Positions 48,809 through 58,080 of a stretch of 64,000 nucleotides of DNA are shown one piece after another. The stretch's first letter is position 1; each line of letters starts with the position of its first letter. This stretch comes from an uncultured Verrucomicrobiae bacterium (GTDB lineage Bacteria > Verrucomicrobiota > Verrucomicrobiia > Opitutales > JABDGR01): positions 96,001-160,000 of the forward strand of contig CAVXVB010000011.1 in NCBI GenBank assembly GCA_963765205.1. The letters run 5' to 3'. Position numbers and translations under genes: made by a program. The notes below the pieces were generated by a model. That model did not search any database. It saw only the letters and a list, made by a program, of their open reading frames with translations, and was not told where the DNA came from.

Positions 48809-49078
48809 ATGTCCCATGAATTTCTGACTTCGCTTCATTCGCAGGTCATCGGCGTTTCTGAGGAAAAGCGAGGCGCGAAGCCTGTAGAAAAGCCGTTCAA
48901 TGAGAAGATGAAGCCCGCCGATGCGGTAGCGGAAGACGACCGGCACCGCACGATCGGGGTTTCGATGCCGCCAAATTTGCGGCAGCGGGCGGCGGAACGG
49001 GCGGCGGCGGTCGGGTTGTCGTTCAGCCGCTATGTGCAATGGTGCATCGAGGCGGAATTGGATGGGGTCCACTCTTGA
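48809..49078 (+). CDS. Small ribbon-helix-helix-like DNA-binding protein
   Basis: TIGVSMPPNLRQRAAERAAAVGLSFSRYVQWCIEAEL. Confidence 0.65.
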   Translation: MSHEFLTSLHSQVIGVSEEKRGAKPVEKPFNEKMKPADAVAEDDRHRTIGVSMPPNLRQRAAERAAAVGLSFSRYVQWCIEAELDGVHS

Positions 49079-49325
49079 GGCACGATTCAACAAGACCTCG
49101 ACTTGAAACTGTTGAGGAATTCCCAGGGGCATAGGGTAAAATCCTTGCGATAAATAGGGTCAATTGCCTATTAACGTTCATTTATTGCCGGGTGTGATTC
49201 ACAATATTTGTTTTACAATTTCACCAGAAAAATAATTGCAAACCGGATGAATGAATCATTTATAAGAGCAGCCTCCGCCGGATTGGCGGTTTGGCTTTTT
49301 CATATCCGACCCTCCTCTTTACCGC

Positions 49326-49700
49326 ATGAACCTCCAGACCAAGTTGCGATCCATCAACCAGGCGGGGCACCGCCTCAAAAAGCTGAAACGGCGCCTGCTC
49401 GTCGAGGTGGACAAGGAGAAAGCGCTGGCCGTGAAGCTGGAAAAGCTAGTGAAGGAAATCGGCCTGCCGCCGCGCGACCTGGTGTTCACGCTGGTGGATA
49501 AATACAAAGTACGGCTGGCCGGGCGGCGCAAGGGCCAGCGCCGCCGCCGCAAGCGCACCAGGATCACCCCGGAATTGTGCGCCGCGGTGAAAAAGCGGGT
49601 GAAGGGCGGCGTCTCGATGAACCGCGCCTCGCAGGAATTCGGCCTGAGCTACGCGGTCGTGATCAAGATGATCCGCGGGCATTATGATAAAAAAGGATAA
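49326..49700 (+). CDS. Small basic DNA-binding protein (coiled-coil, basic linker, HTH)
   Basis: RRKRTRITPEL...GVSMNRASQEFGLSYAVV. Confidence 0.7.
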   Translation: MNLQTKLRSINQAGHRLKKLKRRLLVEVDKEKALAVKLEKLVKEIGLPPRDLVFTLVDKYKVRLAGRRKGQRRRRKRTRITPELCAAVKKRVKGGVSMNRASQEFGLSYAVVIKMIRGHYDKKG

Positions 49701-49705
49701 AACGT

Positions 49706-49828
49706 TTACCGCGAAGGCGCGAAGAGCGCCAAGGGGGTTTTTTGGCAGAATTAACGGAATCGCTCCCGGCCCTTCGGGCCTGGGTGAACAAAACTCTTTC
49801 TTCGCGCTCTTGGCGTCTTCGCGGTGAA
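49706..49828. repeat. Element with inverted 9-mer arms (CGCGAAGNN type)
   Basis: TTACCGCGAAGGCGCGAAGAGCGCCAAG ... CTTCGCGCTCTTGGCGTCTTCGCGGTGAA, between two convergent stop codons. Confidence 0.88.
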
Positions 49829-52714
49829 TTATAATTTCCCCCGGTGGGCGAGGTCTTGGATGAGTTTGACGGCGAGGCCGGTCCAGCCGGTTTGGTGGCT
49901 GGCGCCGCAGCCGCGGCCAGTGTCGCCGTGGAAGTATTCGTAGAACAAAATCAAATCCTTGAAGTTGGGGTCGGTGGCGTAGCGGGCGTCGTCGCCGTGG
50001 CAGGGGCGGCGACCGGCGGCGTCGGGGAGGTAGAGGCTGACGAGGCGGCGGCCGATTTCGTCGGCGGCGTCGCCCAGGGTAACGTGTCGGCCCGAGCCGG
50101 TGGGGCATTCGACGATCAAGCCGTCGCCGTAGAAATAATCATAGCGTTGAAGCGCTTCAATGAGCAGGTAATTGACTGGGAACCAGACCGGCCCGCGCCA
50201 GTTCGAGTTGCCGCCGAAGAGGCTGGTGGTGCTTTCGCCAGGGCAATAATCCACCTGGTAGGATTGGTGGTCGAAGTTGATGAGGGCGGGGTGCCCGGCG
50301 TGATATTTGGAAAGGCTGCGCAGGCCGTGCGGCGAAAGGAATTCGTTTTCGTCAAAAATGTATTTGAGGACGCGCTCGAGACGCTCGCGCGAGGGAATGG
50401 CGAGGAGCATTTTGCCCGAGCGCGCACCGCCTTTTTCCATGCAGGAAATGTGCTGGCGCAAATCGGCGCGGTGGTCGAGAAACCAGCGCAGGCGCTTGCC
50501 GAACTGCGGCAGCCGCGCGATGACCTCCTCATCGAGCACTTCGGCCGCCAGCAGGGGAATCAGCCCGACCATTGAGCGGATGGGCAGGCGCACCGTGGCG
50601 CCGTCGAAGGAAATCTGGTCGTGATAAAAACCCGCGTCGTTGTCCCAGAGGCCGGTGCCACCAAGGTTGTTCATGGCGTCGGCGATGGTCACGTAGTGCT
50701 CGAAAAATTTCGAGGCGACGCCCTCGTAGGCATCATCATAGCCCGCGAGTTCGAGCGCCATCGAGAGCATGGTGCCGCAGTAAAAGGCCATCCACGCCGT
50801 GCCATCGGCCTGTTCCAGGTGGCCGCCGCCGGGGAACACCTGGTTGCGGTCAAAGGCGCCGATGTTGTCCATGCCCAAGAAGCCGCCGCCGAAAACGTTG
50901 TTGCCCTCGGGGTCCTTGCGGTTGACCCACCAGGTGAAGTTGATGAGCAGCTTATGGAAGGCCTGGGCGAGGAAGTTGAGGTCGCGCTGGCCGCGCCCAG
51001 CGGTCATTTTATAAACGCGCCAGCAGGCCCAGGCGTGAACGGGCGGGTTCACGTCGTCGAAGGAAAATTCATAGGCGGGAATTTTCCCGCTCGGATGCAT
51101 ATACCATTCGCGCAACAGCAGGAGGAGTTGCTCCTTGGTGAACTGTGGGTCAATCGTTGAGAACGGAATCATGTGGAACGCGAGGTCCCACGCCGCATAC
51201 CAGGGGTATTCCCATTTGTCGGGCATCGAGATGATGTCGCGGTTGTATAAATGCGTCCAGTTGCGGTTGCGACCGGTGAGGCGCTTGGCGGGGGGCTTGG
51301 GCTGCGACGGGTCGCCATCGAGCCAGTCGCGCACGGAGTAGTGGTAAAATTGTTTGCTCCAGAGCAGGCCCGCCACGCCCTGGCGCATGATTTGCAGGTG
51401 CTGGTCGTCCATCGCGCCGGAGGAACGGCGCAGAATGTGGTAAAACTCATTCATCTCCGATTCGCGGTCGGCGATGGTTTCCTCGAAGGCGGGGCCGAAC
51501 ATTTGCGCAGGCGCCTCGCGCTGGCTCGCCAGGCGCAGGCGGAGCGTCACCTCGCCGCCGGCGGGAATATCGAGGACATACCAGGCCGCGGCCCTCGTGC
51601 CGGTTTTGAGCGGGTTCACCGCGTCCTCGCGGTCGTGGACAACGCGCTCATGAAAAGCGTCCTTGACGAACGTCGTGTATTGCGGGATGCCGAAGAGTCG
51701 TTGCGAGTTCGTCTCATTTTCCGTGAAAATCCATTCGGGCGGCCGCTGGCCGGGCGTGGTATCGGCGGCGAAGAGGAACGGTTCCAGTTCCTGGTGTTCG
51801 GCGCGCACCAGGCCATCGCCGGTGAGGGCCAGGCTCGGCTTGAGCGTGCAGCCCTCGTAGCGGCAGCCCCAGGCCCAGGTGTTGCGGAACCACACGCTGG
51901 GCAGCACATGCAACCGCGCGGCGTCGGGGCCGCGGTTGGCGAGGCGCAGGCGGATCAGTGTGTCATTCGGCCCGGCCTTGGCGAAAACGGCGAAGACATC
52001 GAAGTAACGGTTCTGGTCGAAGACGCCGGTGTCGGTGATTTCGAGTTCGCGGTCGTTCACGCCGCGGGCACGGTTTTCGGCAACGAGGCGCGCGTAGGGA
52101 AATTCCGCCTGCGGGTATTTGTAAAGTGCGCGCGCGAAGGAATGCGTCGGCGTCGAGTCGAGGTAGTAATACAATTCCTTCACGTCCTCGCCGTGGTTGC
52201 CCTCGGTGTTGGTCAGGCCGAAGAGGCGCTCCTTGAGGATCGGGTCCTTTTCGTTCCAGAGCGCGACGCCGAAGCACAGGCGGCACTCGCGGTCCGTCCA
52301 GCCCAGCAGGCCATCCTCGCCCCAACGGTAGGCGCGGCTGCGGGCGTGGTCGTGTGGGAAATATTCCCAGCAGGCGCCGTTGGCCGAATAGTCCTCGCGG
52401 ACGGTGGCCCACTGGCGCTCGGCGAGATACGGCCCCCAGCGCTTCCAATTGGCTTTGCGGGCGGCGTCGGCGGCGAGGCGCTGGCCTTCGGCGGTGTGGG
52501 CGGAATCATCCACAGCGGCCGGGCCACGGGCGGGCGCGGGCGTGATTTTGGCGAAATGCGTGCCGGCCTTCGGACGGCGGGCGGGCGGCGGCGGCGCGCC
52601 GACCTGCGATTCATCCGCCGCATGCACGAGCCGCGCCGGCAAAAAGATGCTGACCGGCTGGGGTCCGGCGGGCTTGGCGGACGGACTGGGGGCGGGTTTC
52701 GTTTTGCGAGGCAT
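49829..52714 (-). CDS. MGH1/GH63-like glycoside hydrolase (glucosidase)
   Basis: WGPYL.ERQW.TVREDYS, MPDKWEYPWYAAWDLAFH, NSNWRGPVW, GASHQTGWT. Confidence 0.9.
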   Translation of the reverse strand: MPRKTKPAPSPSAKPAGPQPVSIFLPARLVHAADESQVGAPPPPARRPKAGTHFAKITPAPARGPAAVDDSAHTAEGQRLAADAARKANWKRWGPYLAERQWATVREDYSANGACWEYFPHDHARSRAYRWGEDGLLGWTDRECRLCFGVALWNEKDPILKERLFGLTNTEGNHGEDVKELYYYLDSTPTHSFARALYKYPQAEFPYARLVAENRARGVNDRELEITDTGVFDQNRYFDVFAVFAKAGPNDTLIRLRLANRGPDAARLHVLPSVWFRNTWAWGCRYEGCTLKPSLALTGDGLVRAEHQELEPFLFAADTTPGQRPPEWIFTENETNSQRLFGIPQYTTFVKDAFHERVVHDREDAVNPLKTGTRAAAWYVLDIPAGGEVTLRLRLASQREAPAQMFGPAFEETIADRESEMNEFYHILRRSSGAMDDQHLQIMRQGVAGLLWSKQFYHYSVRDWLDGDPSQPKPPAKRLTGRNRNWTHLYNRDIISMPDKWEYPWYAAWDLAFHMIPFSTIDPQFTKEQLLLLLREWYMHPSGKIPAYEFSFDDVNPPVHAWACWRVYKMTAGRGQRDLNFLAQAFHKLLINFTWWVNRKDPEGNNVFGGGFLGMDNIGAFDRNQVFPGGGHLEQADGTAWMAFYCGTMLSMALELAGYDDAYEGVASKFFEHYVTIADAMNNLGGTGLWDNDAGFYHDQISFDGATVRLPIRSMVGLIPLLAAEVLDEEVIARLPQFGKRLRWFLDHRADLRQHISCMEKGGARSGKMLLAIPSRERLERVLKYIFDENEFLSPHGLRSLSKYHAGHPALINFDHQSYQVDYCPGESTTSLFGGNSNWRGPVWFPVNYLLIEALQRYDYFYGDGLIVECPTGSGRHVTLGDAADEIGRRLVSLYLPDAAGRRPCHGDDARYATDPNFKDLILFYEYFHGDTGRGCGASHQTGWTGLAVKLIQDLAHRGKL

Positions 52715-52829
52715 GGGGAAAATATAAACGCGGAATGCGGAACGCGGAAATGAAAATCGGTGGTGTTGTGCAAGCTTGCGCTGTTGGCGGGTTTGGCTAG
52801 TTTGACCTACTTTACCCCCGCGCACCCCC

Positions 52830-54806
52830 ATGAACAACCCCCTCGGCCTTTGGTTTCCGAAAACGGCCTTATGGCGTAGCGCTGTTGGCGCCTTGCTAAC
52901 CGTCAGCACCGCCTTGGCTCAAACCGCCCCACTGGCGGCCGCGCCCAGCACCCCGCTGGTGACCAGCATCGTGCCCGATGGCAAAGTTCACAAATTCGAG
53001 GCGCGCGACCACCAGTTTTTTATTGATGGCGACCCGACCATGATTATTGCCGGCGAAATGCACTTCGGGCGTGTGCAGCCGGAGGATTGGGACACGCGCA
53101 TCAAGCAGGCCAAAGCCATGGGCCTGAACACGATCAGCTTTTATCTCTTTTGGAACCAGGTCGAGGAAAAGGAGGGCCAGTTCACCTTCACCGGGATGAC
53201 GGACGTGCGCCGCGTGCTCAAACTTTGCCAGGACAACGGCATGTGGTGCATCCTGCGGCCCGGCCCGTATTGCTGCGCCGAGATTGAATACGGCGGCCTG
53301 CCCGCCTGGACGCTGAAATACCCCGGGGTGAAAATCCGCGCCGCCGACCCGAAATTCCTTGATTGGTGCAAGCGCTACATTAGCGAAGTTTACAAACAAG
53401 TCGCTGATTTTCAGGTCACCCACGGCGGCCCGTTGCTGATGGTGCAGTTGGACAATGAATACGGCGTGACCAGCCCCCCAAACAACGATTACCTCGTGGC
53501 CCTCGACAAGATATTCAAGGACGTGGGCTTCGACGTGCAGCTTTTTACCTGCAACCCGACGCAAGGAAAAGAATGGGCCGATCCGGGATTCCGCATCCCC
53601 GGCGTGATGGCGTGCCGTAATGGCCTGAACAGTGACCGCATGTATAACCAGAGCGCCGCCGCCATCGGCGACTACCCGGTCTTTGTCCCCGAGGTTTACC
53701 CGGCGTGGTTCCTCGGCTGGGGCGACGGCGTCACCAAGGAATACCATGACAAAGCCCAAATTCCCGCGATTGTGAATTGGACATCCTACCTGCTCGACCA
53801 CCACTATTCCTTTAATTATTACGTGTTCTTTGGCGGCACGAATTTCGGCTTCGACAACGGCGCCCTCTTTTTCGATTCGGTGCAAACCAGCTACGACTAC
53901 AGCGCGCCGATTGACGAGGCCGGCCGCACGACGCCGAAATACTACGCCCTGCGCGATTTGCTGACCCAGCGCCTGGGCCGGACCCCGCCCGCGCCGCCGC
54001 CGGAACCGGCGGTCATCACCATCCCCGCCATCAAGTTCACGGAAAACGAGCCGTTGCTCGCCACGCTGCCCGCCCGGCCCACGCTCACCGCCGAGCAGCC
54101 TGTTTCGATGGAAAATCTCAATCAGGCCTACGGCTTTGTGGATTACCGCAAGCAATTCCCCAACGGCGTCAAGGGCACGCTCGAACTCAAAGACGCGATG
54201 GACTACACCATCATCATGGTGAACGGCAAAACCGTCGGCAAAGCCTTTCGCGGCTACGGCCCGGATAGCAACAAGGTGGTGCTAAATGAGTCCGGCCCAG
54301 TGACGCTCGATCTGCTGGTTTATAATTTGGGTCGCATCAGCGTGGTTACGAGCGACCGCACCCAGCAATATGCGAGCAAAGGTCTGTTGGGCGGCGCCAC
54401 GCTCGACGGCCAGAGTCTCATGGGCTGGGCCATGTATTCGCTACCCTATGCGACAGGACCGGATCAGTTCACCGCCTCCGCCACGCCGTCGTCCGGCCCC
54501 GCCTTTTACCATGCTACGTTTACCCTCGAAGAAGTCGGCGGTACGTTTTTGGATTTGCGCAATTGGAGCTTTGGCGTGGTCTGGGTCAATGGCCACAACC
54601 TCGGCCGGTTTTCGGACCGCGGGCCGGTGCGCTCGCTGTTCGTGCCGCAATATTGGCTGAAGCAGGGGCAGAACGACATCGTCGTTCTCGAACTGCACGA
54701 CTCCCCGCAAAATCCAACCATCACCGGCGGGACCGCTTTGATTCAGGAGGTGGCGGCCAAGCCGTTTGCGGTGAAACTCAGCGCTGACCCGACCGCCGCG
54801 AAGTGA
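52830..54806 (+). CDS. Exported GH35 beta-galactosidase-family protein
   Basis: GEMHFGR, KAMGLNTI, LRPGPY..AE, QLDNEYG, GGTNFGF, TSYDYSAPIDEAG. Confidence 0.92.
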   Translation: MNNPLGLWFPKTALWRSAVGALLTVSTALAQTAPLAAAPSTPLVTSIVPDGKVHKFEARDHQFFIDGDPTMIIAGEMHFGRVQPEDWDTRIKQAKAMGLNTISFYLFWNQVEEKEGQFTFTGMTDVRRVLKLCQDNGMWCILRPGPYCCAEIEYGGLPAWTLKYPGVKIRAADPKFLDWCKRYISEVYKQVADFQVTHGGPLLMVQLDNEYGVTSPPNNDYLVALDKIFKDVGFDVQLFTCNPTQGKEWADPGFRIPGVMACRNGLNSDRMYNQSAAAIGDYPVFVPEVYPAWFLGWGDGVTKEYHDKAQIPAIVNWTSYLLDHHYSFNYYVFFGGTNFGFDNGALFFDSVQTSYDYSAPIDEAGRTTPKYYALRDLLTQRLGRTPPAPPPEPAVITIPAIKFTENEPLLATLPARPTLTAEQPVSMENLNQAYGFVDYRKQFPNGVKGTLELKDAMDYTIIMVNGKTVGKAFRGYGPDSNKVVLNESGPVTLDLLVYNLGRISVVTSDRTQQYASKGLLGGATLDGQSLMGWAMYSLPYATGPDQFTASATPSSGPAFYHATFTLEEVGGTFLDLRNWSFGVVWVNGHNLGRFSDRGPVRSLFVPQYWLKQGQNDIVVLELHDSPQNPTITGGTALIQEVAAKPFAVKLSADPTAAK

Positions 54807-54839
54807 GCCTACGCCGCCTGCTTTTGCCCTCCCGCGCCC

Positions 54840-56009
54840 ATGCGTATCACCGCCATCCGCGAAAAGACGGCTCGCATCGCCTCGCCGATGGCGAACGCCT
54901 ACATTGATTTCTCGAAAATGACGTGTTCGGTCGTCGCGGTCATCACCGACGTGGTGCGCGACGGGCGGCCCGTAGTGGGGTATGGCTTCAACTCGAACGG
55001 CCGCTACGGCCAAGGCGCGCTGATGTGCGAACGCTTCATCCCGCGCATTTTGGAGGCCGATCCCGCATCCTTGATTGACGAAGCGCACGACAACCTCGAC
55101 CCGCACAAAATCTGGGCGCGGATGATGATTAATGAAAAGCCCGGCGGCCACGGCGAACGTTCCGTCGCCGTGGGCACGCTGGACATGGCGGTGTGGGATG
55201 CCGTGGCGAAAATTGCCGGGCAGCCGCTGTTCCGCCTGCTAGCGGAGCGTTACGGCCAGGGCGCGGCTGCCGACCCGAGGGTTTTTGTGTACGCCGCCGG
55301 CGGCTATTATTATCCGGGCAAGGACCTCGCCGGCCTGCGCGCGGAGATGCGCGGCTATCTTGACCGCGGCTACAACGTGGTGAAAATGAAAATCGGCGGC
55401 GCACCGCTGGAGGACGACCGCCGGCGCCTCGAGGCCGTGCTCGCCGAACTCGCCCCCGGCCAAAAACTCGCCGTGGACGCCAACGGGCGCTTCGGTTTAC
55501 CCACGGCGATAAAATATGGCGAGATGCTTTTGCCTTACGATTTGTTCTGGTATGAGGAAGCGGGCGACCCGCTCGATTACGCGCTCCAAGCCGAACTGGC
55601 GCGGCACTATGCGAAGCCGCTGGCGACGGGCGAAAACCTTTTTTCCATGGCCGACGCGCGCAACCTCATCCGCTATGGCGGCATGCGGCCCGACCGCGAC
55701 TGGCTGCAATTCGACTGCGCGCTGAGCTACGGGCTGGTCGAATATCTGCGCACGCTGCAAATGCTGCACGAGCATGGCTGGTCGCCACGACGCTGCATTC
55801 CGCACGGCGGGCACCAGATGTCGCTGAACATCGCGGCGGGCCTCGGCCTCGGCGGCAACGAAAACTACCCCGACCTGTTCCAGCCCTACGGCGGGTTTCC
55901 TGATGGAGTCGAGGTCGTCAACGGCCACGTCACGCTGCCCGAATTGCCCGGTCTCGGCTTCGAGGGCAAAGCTGCGCTCTACCGGGAACTGAAGGTGCTG
56001 AGCGATTGA
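54840..56009 (+). CDS. tarD: Mandelate racemase-family enzyme, D(-)-tartrate dehydratase-like
   Basis: NAYIDFSKMT, GYGFNSNGRYGQ, NEKPGGHGERS, VKMKIGG, VDANG, WYEE, ATGEN, PHGGH. Confidence 0.8.
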   Translation: MRITAIREKTARIASPMANAYIDFSKMTCSVVAVITDVVRDGRPVVGYGFNSNGRYGQGALMCERFIPRILEADPASLIDEAHDNLDPHKIWARMMINEKPGGHGERSVAVGTLDMAVWDAVAKIAGQPLFRLLAERYGQGAAADPRVFVYAAGGYYYPGKDLAGLRAEMRGYLDRGYNVVKMKIGGAPLEDDRRRLEAVLAELAPGQKLAVDANGRFGLPTAIKYGEMLLPYDLFWYEEAGDPLDYALQAELARHYAKPLATGENLFSMADARNLIRYGGMRPDRDWLQFDCALSYGLVEYLRTLQMLHEHGWSPRRCIPHGGHQMSLNIAAGLGLGGNENYPDLFQPYGGFPDGVEVVNGHVTLPELPGLGFEGKAALYRELKVLSD

Positions 56010-56030
56010 TTGCCGCCCGGGCGGCCCGCC

Positions 56031-57281
56031 ATGACTACGCCAAAACCAGCTGTGCGCGGCGGCCTTTTCCGGCATCTTTATGCGCAGGTGCTGGCGGCCG
56101 TGGTCTTTGGCGTGTGCATCGGGCATTTTTATCCGGCCTATGGCGTGGCCTTGCAGCCGCTGGGCAGCGGTTTTATCCAGGTTGTGCGGTGGTTGCTGCC
56201 GCCGGTGGTTTTTTGCACGATTGTGACCGGCATTGCGCGGATGGAAAATCTGCCGCAGGCGGGGCGCATCGGGCTGAAGGCGCTGGTCTATTTCGAGGTT
56301 GTTTCGACGCTCGCGCTCGTCATCGGACTGGTGGTGGTCAACGTGCTGCGGCCGGGCGCGGGCATGAATGTGAACCTGGAAAAATTGGGCGCGCAATTGC
56401 CCGCGGCGTATGCTGTCCACGCTTCGCCCACGGCGGGCACGGGCGCGGCCCTGGCGCGCAGCCCGATGCTGCAAGTCATTGCCGCGGCGGTTTTAGTCGG
56501 TGTTGTCTTGTCGCTTTTGCGAGCGCGGGGTCGGGGGCTGTTCCGGCTGGTGGACGCCGCGGCGCACGCGCTTTTTTTCGCGGTCCGGTTGGTCATGCGT
56601 TTGGCACCGTTGGGCGCATTGGGCGGGGTGGCGTTCACAGTGGGCGAGTATGGGTTGGGCAGTTTAGGCCCGCTCGCACGACTGATGCTGGCCTTGTATA
56701 TTACCTGCCTCTTGTTTGTGTTCGGCGTACTCGGTTTTGTTATGCGGCTGTGCGGGGTGGGCCTCGGGAAGCTGTTGCGTTATATCCGCGCGGAAATCCT
56801 CATCGTTTTTGCGACGGTGAGCACCGAGGCCGTGCTGCCGCAGTTGATGGTCAAGTTTGAAGACCTTGGCTGCGCAAAACCGGTGGTCGGCCTGGTGCTG
56901 CCGGCGGGCTACACGTTTAACCCCGACGGCACGGCGATTTATTTGACGATGGCCGCCGTGTTCATCGCCCAGGCCACCAACACGCCGTTGACGCTGGGCG
57001 ACCAGCTCCTGGTGCTCGGGGTGGCGCTGCTGACCTCGAAAGGCACGGCGGGCGTGGCGGGCGCGGGCTTCATCGCACTGGCGGCAACGCTTGCTTCGCT
57101 CGGCAAAATCCCGGTGGCGGGGCTGGTGCTGCTGCTTGGGGTGGATCGTTTCATGAATGAGGCGCGCGCCGTTACGAATCTGATCGGCAACAGTGTGGCC
57201 ACCATTGCGGTGGCGGTTTGGGAAAAATCCTTCGACCGCGCGCGCGCCGAAAAAATACTCAATCGCACAGCCGATGATTAA
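56031..57281 (+). CDS. dctA: C4-dicarboxylate:cation symporter (DctA-like)
   Basis: LYAQVL, PVVFCTIVTGIA, VVGLVLPAGYTFN.DGT, TSKG.AGV.GAGF, GVDRFM.EARA.TN. Confidence 0.85.
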   Translation: MTTPKPAVRGGLFRHLYAQVLAAVVFGVCIGHFYPAYGVALQPLGSGFIQVVRWLLPPVVFCTIVTGIARMENLPQAGRIGLKALVYFEVVSTLALVIGLVVVNVLRPGAGMNVNLEKLGAQLPAAYAVHASPTAGTGAALARSPMLQVIAAAVLVGVVLSLLRARGRGLFRLVDAAAHALFFAVRLVMRLAPLGALGGVAFTVGEYGLGSLGPLARLMLALYITCLLFVFGVLGFVMRLCGVGLGKLLRYIRAEILIVFATVSTEAVLPQLMVKFEDLGCAKPVVGLVLPAGYTFNPDGTAIYLTMAAVFIAQATNTPLTLGDQLLVLGVALLTSKGTAGVAGAGFIALAATLASLGKIPVAGLVLLLGVDRFMNEARAVTNLIGNSVATIAVAVWEKSFDRARAEKILNRTADD

Positions 57282-57284
57282 CGG

Positions 57285-57914
57285 TTATTGGGCTGGGGCG
57301 GGGGCATTCACCGGGTGATCTGTCTCGCCTCCAGGAAGGCTCCCTGGCATGCCGGGGGCATTCACCGGGTAGCTGTCCGAAATTTTTGCCCCTTCGGTGA
57401 TCCACTGCTTGATCATGGCGATGTCGTCCGCCGTGGGCTGATCCTCGGTGGCGGGCGGCATATGGTTGCGGCCAGTGCTGGAGATATTGGTGTAAAGGAT
57501 GCTGTTGGCCGGATCGCCAGGAGTCACCCGCATCAGGATGCCGGTCTTGGTGTCATAACGGGTTCGCCCGGACTGGCGCCGCGGGCCGTGGCACTGGAAG
57601 CAGTAGGTGGCAAAGAAAGGCTGCACCTGTTTGTCAAAATCAACGGGCGCTGGTTGTCCATTGGCTTGTATCGTAATCGGGGCGGGATCGCTCGTGGCGG
57701 GGTTGGCCGGCATCCCGGCGGAAATGGGCGGGAGGCTGGCCGCCAGCGTTGGGTTCGCCGTCAGTGGCGCTGACGGGAGCGGCGCCATCGGTGCAGCCGC
57801 GGTAGTCGAGGTGGCACGGGCCGCTGGAGAGGGACCGGAATTCGTGGCGCACGCGGCAAGGGTGAGGGCCAGCGTTCCGGCGAAAAGCGAAGAACCAAGT
57901 GAATAGGCTTTCAT
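57285..57914 (-). CDS. Lipoprotein with Planctomycete-type cytochrome c domain
   Basis: Lipobox LAAC; VDF...VQP.F..YCFQCHG, PGDP..S, MPP, WI.EGA. Confidence 0.82.
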   Translation of the reverse strand: MKAYSLGSSLFAGTLALTLAACATNSGPSPAARATSTTAAAPMAPLPSAPLTANPTLAASLPPISAGMPANPATSDPAPITIQANGQPAPVDFDKQVQPFFATYCFQCHGPRRQSGRTRYDTKTGILMRVTPGDPANSILYTNISSTGRNHMPPATEDQPTADDIAMIKQWITEGAKISDSYPVNAPGMPGSLPGGETDHPVNAPAPAQ

Positions 57915-58080
57915 GGGTGAGGAAAATTAAGGGCAGGCTAACTAACGATACATTATCCAATGATTACGGATTGAACAGTCAATTATTGGATGGCCCAAAA
58001 ACGTGTCTTTGGCCCGGCGAAAAATAGCTCAACTCCGCGCTTTGCTCGCGCCCGACAACTCTATTATATTGCCGACGCTC

